Source of the DNA: Octopus vulgaris
Lineage: Eukaryota
Assembly: GCA_951406725.2 (NCBI GenBank)
Contig: OX597822.1
Coordinates: 43,544,001-43,606,000 of the forward strand
DNA: 62,000 bases
Reading direction: 5' to 3'
Part shown: positions 14,060-28,107 of the stretch, piece by piece
Position numbering within the stretch: the first letter of the stretch is position 1
Layout: each line of letters starts with the position of its first letter
The notes under the pieces: model-generated
What the model was told of the DNA's origin: nothing
Databases searched by the model: none
What the model saw: only the letters and a program-made list of their open reading frames with translations
Position numbers and translations under genes: made by a program

Positions 14060-15887
14060 ATGGACCAGCATTTAGCTCGTCTGGAAAGCTAGGAGAAAAA
14101 AAGAACTTATGCACGCAAAGTGCAAACCTGAATGACGTGGTAGTGAACGCTGCAACCACTTGCGGTAACAGCCCTGTCACCACTACCACCACCACTAACA
14201 ACAACAACAACGAGACTACTGCTGCTACCACCACCACCACCACCACCACCACCACCACCAACATAAATGATAAAAATGAAACTCACACGAATACTATTAA
14301 CAAAAACAACAACAACAAGAGCAACAATAAAATGAAATAAATATCTTACTATCTCATAGTGAAGACGTTAATATAAAAGAATCAACAACACCAGTAAATT
14401 TCGCTTACACTCTGCGTCAGAAAAAAGAAATAGTAAAATTTACGAATGAAGAGTTAATAGAAACGAGAGCACTCTTTACATCACAAGAGCAGGATTTAGT
14501 GCTGCATACACCTCAACACATAAAGGAACAAATAGAAAATAAGACAATTATACACAAAATTATAAGAAAAAACAAAAAAAACAAAATGAACAGATTACAA
14601 AAACGGACATAGAAAAGTGTTTAAAAAGCATAATGAAAAAAAAAGAATATATAAACTGGGGTCCCCAGTTTAATACAGTGGTGGTCCGCTTCCATAACCA
14701 GGAAGTAGCAAAAGCTCACTCTACGGAGTCTTTGCAGAATGATGAGATCATTATGGTACCTTACTACAAAGGCCAGAGAGTGAGTAGAATTACTATTAAA
14801 AATGTACCCCCTGAGATTCCTAACAAATGGATAACAGGGGTAATCTGTTACCATTTGAAAACTATAGAGGCAGCAGTATACCAAAACGACAATTGGGGTG
14901 GAAAAACAATAGTAGTGACCATCCAGATTGAGGGGTCCTCAATCGAGAACCTACCTGATAGGATCCACTTAGAAAATGGACAAAGCCTATATGTTGTAGC
15001 AGAAGGCAAAAAGCCTAGATGCTACAACTGTGGCAGCCCAGAACATTTAATTGCCAAGTGCGCTCTGGCACAGAAAAAAAACAAGAAAGAACAAATCAGA
15101 AAACAAATAAAAAACCCTTGTTGCCAACACCAACACCAACACCAACACACTCAATTATGGAACAATGCCAAGAAAAACAACAAACCAGCAAACAAACCCC
15201 AAATACATCACCAAGAAAAAAACTACCAACACAATCGCTGTTGACGTCGCAACCAATTCAACATGCTGAACCAACAAAAAATAGACCAACACCAACACCA
15301 ACACCGAGGACGACAATTAAAAAGACAGAAAACAGTGACGAGAAGACAAATTCTACCCCTAACACTACAACAACACAAACACCGCACAAAACATCAAGAA
15401 TTTCTACAAGCATACATATTAACGCAAATGCTTTGCCTTTACCCCTTTCTGATTCGTCGGACGATGAAAGTTCGACGGAATGGCAAATAGCCACAGGGAG
15501 TAAAAGGAAAAGATCAAAAAAAGCCCACCAAACAAGGAAGTAAAGCAGGGAGATATTTAACTCCGGACAGCATCCCCCTAGACAATAAAAAAAATCAATG
15601 AACCCGCAAAACCACACACACAACTGACTGCAATAGACACAGACAATAAAAAATTAATGGATTACATTGCATCCAACACGGACATCTGTGAATATGACTT
15701 TAAGACAAACAATAATACGCGCACCACACCACCGAAACACATAAGAATTGTACACATAACACAAACACAACACCATACACTGAAAACAATATTTTCAAAT
15801 GCGGTAGGCGGGTTTCAACGATACCTCTCCAAAAAACTATACAAACACCTCATCAAAGACACTACAAAAGAAGAAGAAAAAAAATGA
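14060..15887 (+). pseudogene. ORF1 (gag-like) of copy B, frameshifted
   Basis: CYNCGSPEHLIAKC (CX2CX4HX4C) preceded by an RRM-like region (VVVRFHN...RITIKNVPPEIP); Thr/Asn/Ser-rich low-complexity ends; several frameshifts, start inferred. Confidence 0.8.
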
Positions 15888-15975
15888 AACTTTCGAAATG
15901 AGTAAGTGACCTCCCCTCTTGCCTCTTGTCTCTTCCAATGTAGTGTGTGAAACGCAATTTTCGTAAACGTCAATT

Positions 15976-18900
15976 ATGCTTAAATTAGGTTGTGTGAATG
16001 TGCGTGGCTTGGCGTCGGCTTGGAAGCAAGGTTACCTTCTAAACGACATGAAGTCACTGAACGTGGATATAGTAGCTATCAGTGAAACTAGACTCAGCAA
16101 GCCGCGGGCCCTCGCGTCCATGTTTGGCGATCAATTTGACATTTATTTTTCTCCTTGTCTGCCGAACATGGGTGGTGGAGGTACCGCGGTGCTTTTTTGA
16201 AAGAGTCTAAATGTAAAAGTAAGAACAATATTCCTAGACCCGGAGGGTAGGCTGGTTGTCTTGGACGTGGATGGCAGAAATGGGTGTGCATTCCGTCTGA
16301 TGGCAGTTTATGCACCGCCCTTAACGGGTCGGGCGGATTTCTTCAGACGTCTAGAGGTTTCCTGGGTACGTCTAGACCTTTACTGTTAGTAGGGGATTGG
16401 AACGCTAGCTTGGACACGCATCTAGATTATGTGGGAATGGATAGGAATAGAAGGTGGTGTAAGTGCCTCAAAGACCTACTCAGACGTTTCCATTTGTCTG
16501 ACAGGTTCCGACTCGACCATCTGAACGTGCCAACGTGGACTTGGAAAAACCGCGTCGGATCGTCGAGATCTTATCTAGATAGAATTCTATGCAGGGCAGC
16601 GGATAGGGATAGTGTAGGATGTCCACAATTTAAAATAGTCAGCTACATAGATCACAAATTTGTGACGTGTACGCTCGACTTAGATAAGACACATAGACAG
16701 GGTCCCGGTTACTGGAAACTGAACACATCGCTCTTAGCGCGACAGGTTTACAGGAATCGGATTAGCGAGTTAATTAAGAGGGCGCTGACGGGAGCCGTCG
16801 TTAACAACCGCTGGTGGTACGCCCTGAAAATGGCAATAAAATCGGAATCAATTAGGTTTAGCAAGGAATTAGCGATAGATCGAAATAGGGTAGAGGGAGA
16901 CCTGGTTAAGAAACTAGAAGACGCACTTACCACTGGCAGCGCAACCAACGTGCTGGCTGCGAGGATGGCCCTCGACCAACACCTCAACGCCAAGCACGAG
17001 GGTTGGGTTGCGTCGTCAGAGCTAAAATGCGTGCCTTAAGGAACGAAGGGATCGAAGCTGCGCGAGATGCCCGGGTAGCGGAGGCGCAGCGTGGTAACAG
17101 AGCCACCATTCGGTCTCTAATAGATCAACAGGGATGCAGTTTACTCGAACCCGAAAGGATGTGTAAGGCCTTTCAACAACACTTTGCTCGACTGTTTGGC
17201 GCGAGTGGTGGGTCGGAACGCGGGATGGATTTCAGTGCCTACCTGACCGACCTGCCGCGGCTTTCGGCAAGAGAAGCGGAGTGTTGTGAAAGTCACATCA
17301 CAGCTGCTGACGTGCGGGAAGCGATGGCGGGCTGCGTGAGGGATAAGTCACCTGGATTGGATGGTTTACCCTACGAGCTGTATTTTCAAATGCCAGACTT
17401 GTTTGGCGACCTCTTGGCATCAGTCTACTGCAACTGGCAACAAAACGGGAGAATCCCCGGTTTCGTGAGCCGAGGTGCAGTGACGTTGCTGAAGAAAGAC
17501 CCAAACAAGGGGAATTTTATAGATAATTTCAGGTCTATCACTCTGCTCAACGCAGATTTGAAAATTTTGGCCAAAGTAATAGCCGAGAGGTTGGCGCTTG
17601 TCATTGGTAAACTGGTCGACAGGGCGCAAACATGCGCCGTGCCGGGCAGAACCATACATGACAACCTCCATCTGATGCGCTACATTGTGGACAGGGTAGT
17701 TAAGGATCCTGGCATGGGTGGGGCGCTGATCATTTTGGATCAGTCTAAAGGCTTCGATAGGGTCGACCATCGGTACTTGGCGGCCGTCCTCAGGGCGGCT
17801 GGCTTCGGTCCCGTCTTCCGCGGTTGGATCGCTGCCTTGTATAGCGGCATCCGATTGGTGATTCGGGTGAACGGTCACTTGTCGAAACCGTTTGACATCA
17901 CGCGTTCGGTCCGTCAGGGGTGTCCCCTGTCGGCGCTTCTGTATGTATTGACTCTCGAGCCGCTACTACGGAAGCTAATGACACTGAGGGGCATCCCACG
18001 GGAACTGGGTTGCGGGAAGAGCGTGTCGGCATATGCGGACGATGTCACCGTCATAGTGTCGAGCGACAAACACATCCAGATAATAGGCGAGACACTAAAA
18101 AAATACGAAACGGTGACGGGAGCGAAGATTAACCCGGAAAAGTCAGTGGGTTTGCTACTCGGCACCTGGAGAAGCAAGCCATGCCGTCCGACTGCGGCTC
18201 AGTAGTGGGACGCTGGACGGACAAACCGGTTAAATTGCTCGGGGTCTGGTTCAGTCCGAACCTCCAAATGGAGAAGAACTGGGACGAGATCACGAGTAGA
18301 GTGGTCGCTCTCAGCCAAACATGGGCCGAGAGAAAGCTGTCTCTAAAAGGCCGGGCGGAGGTGGCGAACGCGTACATCGCATCCGTCATCGATTACCGCC
18401 TGACCGTCGTACCTTGTCCCGACGCCACCATCACCAAACTGGAACGCATACACTTCCGCTTCCTGTGGAAGGGTGGCGTTCCGATGGTGAGGAAGTCCAT
18501 TTGCTGTTAACATCCATTGAATGGAGGACTGGGCATGCCGTGGTTGATGATGCGCAGGCATGCGCTGAGACTGCGACATCTCTGGAACTTCATCGACGAC
18601 GGTGAACAGGTGTGGGCGCCGTTTGTGAGGCACGCTTTCCCGCAGCTCGTCTCACTGACCGAACTGCAAACGTGGATCAAGAAGAGACCGAAACTGGGCG
18701 ATTGGCACCGAGAGTGTCGCCAAGCTCTACAGCAGCTATGCCGACCGGGGTCAAACTTGTGCAACTTACAAACGACTAAAGCGTTCTATAGAGGACTAGT
18801 GGAGGGGAGGTCCGACGACACACTCGGGGCAAACCTGGGCGTCGACGAGAAATTCCTAACCCGCCTGTTCATGACGACGTTCGGGCCGGGGCCTATGGAT

Positions 18901-19419
18901 AACTTCCAGAAATCCCTGGCTTGGCAGTGCTATCGAGACGCACTACCTCTTCAAGAGAAGAGCTACAGGCACGGTTCGAAAACCATCACAGGACCGACCT
19001 GCCCGAGATGCGGTCAGAGCGACGAAACCGTTCTGCACGCACTCGTGCAGTGTCCAGATATTTCGGAGCTGTGGACCTTCGTCGAACAGCTGTTGTCACG
19101 TGTAGGTCGGGCCCGCCTATCGGCCGAGTCTGTCTTGAGTATTGTTCCACCATCTTCCTTTAAACGGGAAGGGAAAACGGTTTTCGTTACGCTGATGGCT
19201 ATGGCGAAAGAATGTGTGTGGTGGACGCGTTTGAAAGGACTGCAAACAAACACCTTCCTCTCTGGTCAGTCTCTCGTCAACTTTTTCAAGTACCACTTGA
19301 AAAGGAGGATGAGAATAGAGAGGAAGGCTTTGTCGAACGAATGTTCTAATAAAAAGTGGGTAAAAGTGGCAAAAATGGTCAGTATGAAAGACGACACTAT
19401 TATAAGCATAAATCTGTAA
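15976..19419 (+). pseudogene. ORF2 (APE endonuclease, reverse transcriptase, zinc finger) of copy B, disrupted
   Basis: MLKLGCVNVRGL...ISETRL, GDWNA, YLDRIL, DHKFV (APE); KSPGLDGLP, VRQGCPLS, AYADD (RT); CPRCGQSDETVLHALVQC; several frameshifts and an in-frame stop at 18508. Confidence 0.95.
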
Positions 19420-19535
19420 CCAAAAGAGACAACGAGAAGTAAGGCGACTTACTCATGTGTTGGTTTTCGAACTGTCTGAGGCGACCTTGGTCTTTTTTGT
19501 AGGGTTTTCTTTCCAAGGCTACACCTAAACTGTGA

Positions 19536-19578
<43 letters not shown>

Positions 19579-19725
19579 CCTTTTTATACACCACACAACC
19601 CACAGATCCCTATTGATCAAACGTTTTTTTTTGTGCCCCACCCTTCCCACCTCGAAAAGAAAAAATTCTACATTGTATTTCGTCCATTTTTATTGTGTTT
19701 AGCCCTGTGTGGCTACAATAAAAAG

Positions 19726-19812
<87 letters not shown>

Positions 19813-19854
19813 GTGTGTGTGTGTGTGCGATTATATATATATAAATAAATATAA

Positions 19855-19956
<102 letters not shown>

Positions 19957-20102
19957 CACTGTGTGCTAAGAAGTTTGCTTTACAACCATATGGTTCTTGT
20001 TTCAGTCCCATTTCGTGGCATCTTCGGCGACGTGCCTACCAAAGCCTTGTCACTGTTTATGTGGAAATTATGCGTGCTTGTTGGTATTTTTCGGGTTTTC
20101 AG

Positions 20103-20152
20103 ATCAATGCCTCGGATCTCATCAAGCGTCCAATCAAGCAACCCAAATGTTG
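20103..20152 (+). CDS. Candidate 50-nt exon
   Basis: Acceptor GGTATTTTTCGGGTTTTCAG, donor TG|GTATGT; frame DQCLGSHQASNQATQML (all three frames are open). Confidence 0.35.
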
Positions 20153-20810
20153 GTATGTGTTTTGTTTTATTGGATGCAGAGACTTCTGAAGTCCAAATTT
20201 TCTTTATTCAGCTGTAATATTCTTTAGTGACATGTATTTTGTTACAGGTGCCATATGTATGATATATCTTCATCTACCCCTAGGCACTTGTAACATTCCT
20301 TGTAAAAGATAAAAAATCCATATATATATACATATATAAAAGACAGGATGTGTGTGTGTGTACGTGAATGTAATTTATGCACGTCCACAAATTAGTACGC
20401 ATGTCGCTCCAATTTTAGGAGGACATTCGTCATGAACCTTGATGTATTTTCGTCAGCGAATAGCCGTAAAAATAAATTTTCAACATAAACTTTTAACAAT
20501 TTTGAAGTCGGAAAAATCACCATTGTTTACAAACAGGAGTTAAGTCCCCTTGTAGCGACGAGTAAGTTTGTCTACCAAGTCCACTCACAAGGCGTTGGTC
20601 GGCCCGAGGCTATAGTAGAAGACAGTTGCCCTAGGTATCACACTGTGGGACTGAATCCAGAACCATGTGGTTGGTAAGCAAGCTACTTACCACTTTGCCA
20701 CTCCTGCGTCTGAATGTCAAAGCCTGCGAAGATAACTATTCACTCATGGATTACGTAGCAGCGGGAATGGAACATTTGAACATTCATTCTGGAATGATCA
20801 TATTTTTTAG

Positions 20811-20868
20811 TTGGAGTCTGAAGAGACGTATTTAGAATGGATGTCCAAGAAATCGATGGTATTCTTTG
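20811..20868 (+). CDS. Candidate 58-nt exon
   Basis: Acceptor CATATTTTTTAG; LESEETYLEWMSKKSMVFF; donor TTG|GTAGTG is weak. Confidence 0.25.
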
Positions 20869-21295
20869 GTAGTGATGTGAATCCGACTTTTAAACCCGTT
20901 TTAATAGAATTTCTTGCCCCCTTGGGTGTATTTAAGAGGGCCGTCACTCTGTTGCAAACACGTTCGTAGGATAATTAGTTCACTTTGTTTCACCGGTCTC
21001 CGAGGTTTTGAAGATGATCACAAGTGGGAAAATGTCCTTCTGATTAATTCTTTGCATAAAAAAATACAAAACAAAAAAAAAACAAAAGAAAAAACAAATA
21101 AGTCAAAAACAACAAGGAAACATCTTTGTCAACAGCATCGTCACCACCAGTTCCCACATAACTAGGGAACACAACAGCAAAAACAACATTAACAATAACT
21201 TGAAAAATATAAATGTTCTTTTATACATTTCTTTCTCGGCGTTTTTTTAAATTTAAATTAATATCTTTGGTTCTCGAAAATTCTTTGACGTCATG

Positions 21296-21336
<41 letters not shown>

Positions 21337-21741
21337 TGAATTCAAGCATATATACATATATGTGTGTGTGTGCATCAAGGTGTGAGTGTGCGTGCAGGTA
21401 TTTGTGTGTGTGTCTATGGATGTGTGCTTGTCTTCATTTTCTTTACCATAATGAGATTGGCTATTTTGTATTTTCTTGTGTGGCATCCAGCAATCGCAAT
21501 TGTAATTGATGGGGCGTTTACAACTATACATCCATCATAACACGGGTTGTTGTACGTGTTTATATACATGCATATATATACATATATATACACACATATA
21601 TATACATCCATCCATATATATATACATATATATAAATACACACACAAACACACAAACACACACACATGCACACACACATATATATATATGTCTGGTTGTG
21701 TGTGTATCTGCAGATATTTTTGCACGTGCGTTTATATGTAA

Positions 21742-21821
<80 letters not shown>

Positions 21822-21903
21822 ATATATATATATGTATGCATATATATATATAAATATATATATGTATATATATACATATATATATAATATAAATATATAT
21901 ATA

Positions 21904-21963
<60 letters not shown>

Positions 21964-22078
21964 ATATATATAACGAGAGCTAGACGTGTACATGCATACA
22001 CACATACATACATCGACGGAGCGAGTGATTACTTTTGTACAAAGGTATCTACATATGTATCTATATATGTATGCATCC

Positions 22079-22119
<41 letters not shown>

Positions 22120-22276
22120 GTGTATGCAATTGCGTAAATGTTTGTGTGCTTATGGCCATCAGTGTTTCCGTCAACGCACGCATGTGTTCATTTGCATGTA
22201 CATCAATGTGTACGGATATCCATGGATCATAGTTAAATACATATATACATATACACACATACACATGCACACAGAC

Positions 22277-22355
<79 letters not shown>

Positions 22356-22453
22356 CATACACATATATACACTAAGTTATTTCCTTGTATGTGACTACTC
22401 GTATAATCACATAAAGACTGTGATACACGCACAGACAAACACACACATACACA

Positions 22454-22535
<82 letters not shown>

Positions 22536-22539
22536 TATA

Positions 22540-22583
<44 letters not shown>

Positions 22584-23442
22584 TATAGATTCATTCACTC
22601 ACACACACATTACAAAGTGAAAAGCAATATTTTGTACGACATTCGGAAGTTTATACGTTTTTTTCTTTCTTCTTTTTCTTTAGAATGTTTAAGACAAAAT
22701 TCTCCTGCTGATTATGTATCCATGGCTAGCTGACTAAAGTAATTTTGAAATGGATGTTTCCACACCTCCGCGCACATTACATACACCTCACATATTCCAC
22801 GCATTCCACGTACATTCCGAATCCTCTATCATACCTCCACATCACACCTCACGCACACGTACACATACACATGTACACAGCTCGTGGCCGCCACACACAG
22901 GCAGCGAACTTGGCACAGTTGCTTAGAGCTGGATAAAATGTTTCGCGTCATTTAGTTCCGACTTTCTCCGCTGTGTGTTCAATCCTGCTCAGGTTCGCTC
23001 TGCCTTTCATTTCATCCTCGCGGTTTCGATAAAATCCGTTCCAAACCTCGCCGGTGTGTTAGTGGAACAGTAAGAATGTTAGGAATTTTGATTCTATTGT
23101 CTCAGCTGTATTGAAGGCGTGTGCTCCAGTGGCTAGATTATTGCACTCTCGATCCTATAGTCGTGGTTTCGATACCCGTGCCAGTCAGTGCTTTGTTTTC
23201 TTCAGCAAAACACTTATTTTCACGGTACTCCAATCCATTCATATATGAAAAAATTCTTGAAATACCTGGGAAATTAGATCCGCGATGGACTGGCGTCACG
23301 TTCAGGGGCGTTAGTGTTGTAATCTTGGACACTGGGTGCAGCTTCAGCTTTTTGGAACAGTCTAAAAGTCTAAAATTCTAAATTCTCTGATTTTATTTCA
23401 AACACTGCCGAGCTTAGTTTCCTTTTCATTTCCTCCTTTCAG

Positions 23443-23571
23443 CATCCGAAAGATGGCGCCGGTCCGTGGTAGGGTTAGGGTTCGTGGAAGTGGAAGTTGC
23501 GCATGGTACCTTGCGGTATATGTTCCATCTCTACCTTCATACACTGAAACTCACGATTGACTACAGGAATG
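23443..23571 (+). CDS. Candidate 129-nt internal exon (phase 1-1)
   Basis: Strong acceptor TTTCCTTTTCATTTCCTCCTTTCAG, consensus donor ATG|GTAAGT; only one open frame: SERWRRSVVGLGFVEVEVAHGTLRYMFHLYLHTLKLTIDYRN. Confidence 0.55.
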
Positions 23572-23925
23572 GTAAGTCTAATCAGTTGCTAGCTAGCTTT
23601 AAACACCGGTAAGTGGTAACTGGGGTACATGTAGCAGGAGTCACTCTCTTGCGAACCTGTCAGGCCCAGGTCTAAGTCATGAAAATACTCCAACCACTCT
23701 CTGCATCTTCCCGATTTACTAGAAAATAAATTACGCATCGTAACCCCAACATCTACGCGGACAAACCTGCTCCCCACACAACCATATATCCTTCGTTTCT
23801 TCACAGCAGTAGCATACTCTTACTCCTGCTCCTCAGTGAGATCCACCGTTGGATCTCACTCATAACTGCAGCCCAAAATTAAGACTATATAATGGTGACA
23901 ATTTACCCATCGCACCCTTGATATG

Positions 23926-23983
<58 letters not shown>

Positions 23984-24071
23984 TATATATGTATATATAT
24001 ATATATATGTGTGTGTGTGTATGCATATATATTTATATATATATATGTATATATATATATAAATAAATATG

Positions 24072-24110
<39 letters not shown>

Positions 24111-24117
<7 letters not shown>

Positions 24118-24740
24118 AAGTAAATAAATGGTACAACGAAGTACCAATATTTACTGGAAAATAGCGATCGTAATAAATACGACGCTATTGTATATCTTCA
24201 CTGCGTATATACTAGCAAAGACGTGTGTGTTCAACAAACATGAAAAAAATTTGTCTCACCTCTAGGAAGAACATCTGAAAAACCTAGAAACGGATAATAC
24301 AGGACCGGTTTCAGACTCTTCAAATACGTTTGACAACGTAGATTTGATTTGTCCACATCAGCTGCATATACCTAGACAAAATTTCAAATGTTGCCACATC
24401 TATGCTAGTACACTCGTCTGAACGCCAAAACGTTAACAGAACGAGAACAGTGAAGAAGTTTCAATGAAAATAGTAATGCAATACGAAAGTATTGCTTTCC
24501 AGTAAAATATAGCCCGTAATGGTAAAATTATACATATAAAAGTAAATAAATGGTACAACGAAGTACCGATATTTACTGGAAAATAGCGATCGTAATAAAT
24601 ACGACGCTATTGTATAGCTTCACTGCGTATACACTAACAAAGACGTGTGTGTGTAAGAAACATGAAAAAAATTTGCCTTACCTCTAGGAAGAACATCTGA
24701 AAAATGAAAAACCTAAAAACGGATAATGCAGGACCGGTTT
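24111..24740. repeat. 422-bp tandem duplication (1.5 units)
   Basis: 24111 onward (CATATAAAAGTAAATAAATGGTACAACGAAGTACC...) recurs at 24533-24740; left end abuts (TA)n. Confidence 0.85.
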
Positions 24741-24754
24741 ATAACACATTTGCT

Positions 24755-24816
<62 letters not shown>

Positions 24817-25460
24817 TGTGTGTGTGTGTGTGTGTAACATACGTTGATTTGCTGTGGTCTTTTATCAAGGCAAGTTTACACTACGGTAATTTCTGTTTCG
24901 AGAACTCTATTTCTCACCGGGCGGTGTTGAAAGAAAAAAATCCTTATGTTCAGCAGGAATTACGTTGGTTTGAATATAGCAGGTGTCTGGAACAGATAAA
25001 TGAACCGCAAATTTTTATAACGAAATTGATGAAACTGTATTGTGAAGGAAAATCATTAATTTCATCGGAGCACAAAACACACATATATACGTACATACCT
25101 AAGAACTTACACATATACACACCTACAAATGTGTTAGTGTATGTGTCTAATATATGTGAACATATACATTAAAGCACGTATACATACGCGAATAACGCCT
25201 TCATCAGTATCGCCACTTTAATAATAAATCTCTGCATTATTTTCGAATCCGTGGTTATTTTAGTAATAAAACTAATCATCGTAATTATAATAATTATAAT
25301 GGTTATGTTTATAATTATGTATCATATATTACAAATCAATATTTGGGTTATAAAATTGTATTTTTTATTCTAATGTACATAATAATATTGCATTTGTATT
25401 CTTTATGCAATCCCCAAAATTATTGTTTTCCGCATCATGTATTAAGCCTGCTATTTACGG

Positions 25461-25575
25461 ATGTTCCCGGCTGTCGGTTGCACTATGTGTCTGCTTCGGT
25501 GTCCCCGGGGCGACTGGAAGAAGCGTTCAGCGCACGCATCAGAGACGCAGACGTCATTAATGTTAGAGAACATGG
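25461..25575 (+). CDS. Candidate exon, GC-rich island
   Basis: DVPGCRLHYVSASVSPGRLEEAFSARIRDADVINVREHG; donor GG|GTAATA; phase-matching acceptor position reads TATTTACGG, not AG. Confidence 0.4.
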
Positions 25576-25719
25576 GTAATAGTAATGTATGAACACACAC
25601 ATACACACACAAACACGCAAACAATTATATACGTTGTGAAGAAGTGCTCAATATTACATATATATATATATATATATATATGTATAGGCGCATCACTTAT
25701 AAAGTTATATATATATATA

Positions 25720-25873
25720 GCTTGCTTACCAACCACATGGTTCCGGGTTCAGTCCCACTGCGCGGCACCTTGGGCAAGTGTTTTCTACTAGAGCTTCGGG
25801 CCGACCAAAGCCTTGTGAGTGGATTTGGTAGACGGAAACTGCAAGAACCCCGTCGTATATATATATATAAATA

Positions 25874-25915
<42 letters not shown>

Positions 25916-26140
25916 TGTTTGTGTGTGTGTCTGTGTGTATATGTTTGTGTGTCTGTGTTCGTACGCCCAACATCGCTTGACAACCGATGCAGGTATATTT
26001 ACCTCCCGGTAACTCAGCGGTTCGGCAAAATAGACCGATAGAATAGTACTAGGCTTACAAAGAATAAGTCCTGGGGTCGATTTGCTCGACTGAAGTCGGT
26101 GCTCCAGCATTGCTGCAGTCAAATGACTGAAAGAAGTAAA
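25720..26140 (+). mobile_element. SINE family S1, near complete
   Basis: Head, (TA)n(TG)n, 3' half ending CAAATGACTGAAAGAAGTAAAAGA. Confidence 0.85.
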
Positions 26141-26224
26141 AGAAAAACGAATATACCTGCAAAGAAATGTCCGGCACGGCCGCGGTCTGATGACCTCCAG
26201 TACGTAGTTTTTCAAAGCCTGCTA

Positions 26225-26515
26225 CTTACTGTATCGCTCTGTTATGCCGAACCAGTAAGTTACAAGGAAGTAAACGCATCAACACCAGTTGTCAAGCATC
26301 CGCACACATACACCCACATACACCCACATACACACACATACACACATACACAGACACAGACACAGACACAAATATTCAGGACGGTTTTCTTTCAGTTTCT
26401 GACAATTTTGTTCGGTCCCGAGGCTATAGTAGAAAACACTTGGCCAAGGTGCAACGCAGTGGGACTGAACTCCGGACAATGTAGTTGGAAAGCAAGCTTA
26501 TTACCACACAGCCAC
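26225..26515 (-). mobile_element. SINE family S1, diverged, inverted to the preceding copy
   Basis: GAGGCTATAGTAGAAAACACTTGGCCAAGGTGCAACGCAGTGGGACTGAAC is the reverse complement of the S1 head. Confidence 0.75.
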
Positions 26516-26866
26516 GCGCCTAAGCTGGAGCAACGTATTTTTTGATGAATGTAGCGACTACATTGTTATTTTTTAAAGTTATTCTATCAGATGGAAAGAC
26601 AAGCACAACACCAAAAAACAACAGTCAACAGCACCATCACCACCATCACCCACATAAGTCGGAAACACCTCAACCACAATAACAATAACAACATCCCTTG
26701 TGAGTTACGGGGACGTGGACACCCCAGCGATGGAGGAGAAGAGAGAGGGCACTTGTGTTTCATGTTCGAGGGTGGTGGAGTTGATGGTGTTAACGTCGGG
26801 TAGTGGTCAAGGCGGTGGTAGTGTTGGTAGTAGTGATGATGTTGGGGGTGGTTTGTACTGGCTGCG

Positions 26867-26953
<87 letters not shown>

Positions 26954-27311
26954 TATATACAAACACAAGTATATTCATCTTTGTCTGTCTGTCTCAGTAC
27001 ACACACATAGACACACACACACACACACACACACATGTATATGTATGTATACGTATATTTATTACGTATAAATAATAAGCAGAAATGAATGTCTAGTTTG
27101 AATGAACACTACATGGGTTTCAACAGCGTGGTTGAATTCAAATATTGAGTCCATTACATAATTTATTAGGCAACATTATGTATATTTGTATTGTTATACG
27201 CCAGCTAGCTCATCGGGTGGTATATTCTACCGACTATTTTGACGAGCACATATACATACAAAAACTTAAACATATATATATATATATATATATATAGGTG
27301 TATATATATAT

Positions 27312-27374
<63 letters not shown>

Positions 27375-27376
<2 letters not shown>

Positions 27377-27585
27377 CAATGGCCTAGTGGTTAGGGCAGC
27401 GGACTTGCGGTTGGAGGATCGCGGTTTCGATTCCCAGACCGGGCGTTGTGTGTGTTTATTGAGCGAAAAACACCTAAAAGCTCCACGAGGCTCCGGCAGG
27501 AGGTGGTGATCCCTGCTGTACTCTTTCACCACTCTAAAGGCGGTGCTCCAGCATGGCCGCAGTCAAATGACTGAAACAAGTACAA
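27375..27585 (+). mobile_element. SINE S3 head joined to an S1 3' tail
   Basis: GGCAATGGCCTAGTGGTTAGGGCAGCGGAC... then AAGGCGGTGCTCCAGCATGGCCGCAGTCAAATGACTGAAACAAG. Confidence 0.7.
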
Positions 27586-27734
27586 AAAAAAAAAAAAAAA
27601 AAAAAAAATATATATATACATACATATACGCCTACATGTGTACATTCATACGTGTATCCATATATGCGGAATAATGTCCATAACTTTCAAAGTGATGCAA
27701 TACTGCATTAAGCAATATATATAACTTTATTCAG

Positions 27735-27892
27735 GCGTAGGAGTAGCTGTAGTAAGTAGCTTGCTTACCAACCAAATGTTTCCGGGTTCACTCCCACTTC
27801 GTGGCACATTGGTCAATTGCCTTCTAATATAGCCTCGGGCCGACTAAAGCATTGTGAGTGGATTTGGTAGACGGAAACTGAAAGAAGCCATC

Positions 27893-27900
<8 letters not shown>
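27735..27900 (+). mobile_element. SINE family S1, 5' half ending in its (TA)n
   Basis: GGCGTAGGAGTAGCTGTAGTAAGTAGC...GACGGAAACTGAAAGAAGCCATCGTATATA. Confidence 0.85.
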
Positions 27901-27961
<61 letters not shown>

Positions 27962-27999
27962 GTGAATGGAAGAAATGGAGTTGAACGAAGATTGTACAG

Positions 28000-28107
28000 A
28001 ATTCCTTTTATTACATTCTACACATGTTTCAAAGGCCACAATTTTCCAAATTCTGATTAAATAAGGATACCATATTGCAGCTTTCTCTTCAGGAAAAACC
28101 AGGAATT
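28000..28107 (-). ncRNA. Type I hammerhead ribozyme (left arm)
   Basis: Reverse complement of the 29025-29132 motif. Confidence 0.7.

Larger units (their letters stand above)
13821..19727 (+). mobile_element. Tx1/L1-like LINE copy B, apparently full length (5.9 kb), between (TATC)n arrays
   Basis: 5' UTR, ORF1 with CCHC knuckle, ORF2 with APE, RT and C-terminal zinc finger, 3' end AATAAAAAGAT|TATC; begins right after ...TATCTA. Confidence 0.95.

Noticed and set aside
23467-23482. TAGGGTTAGGG telomere-like motif
   Set aside because: Under two units and inside the best candidate exon.
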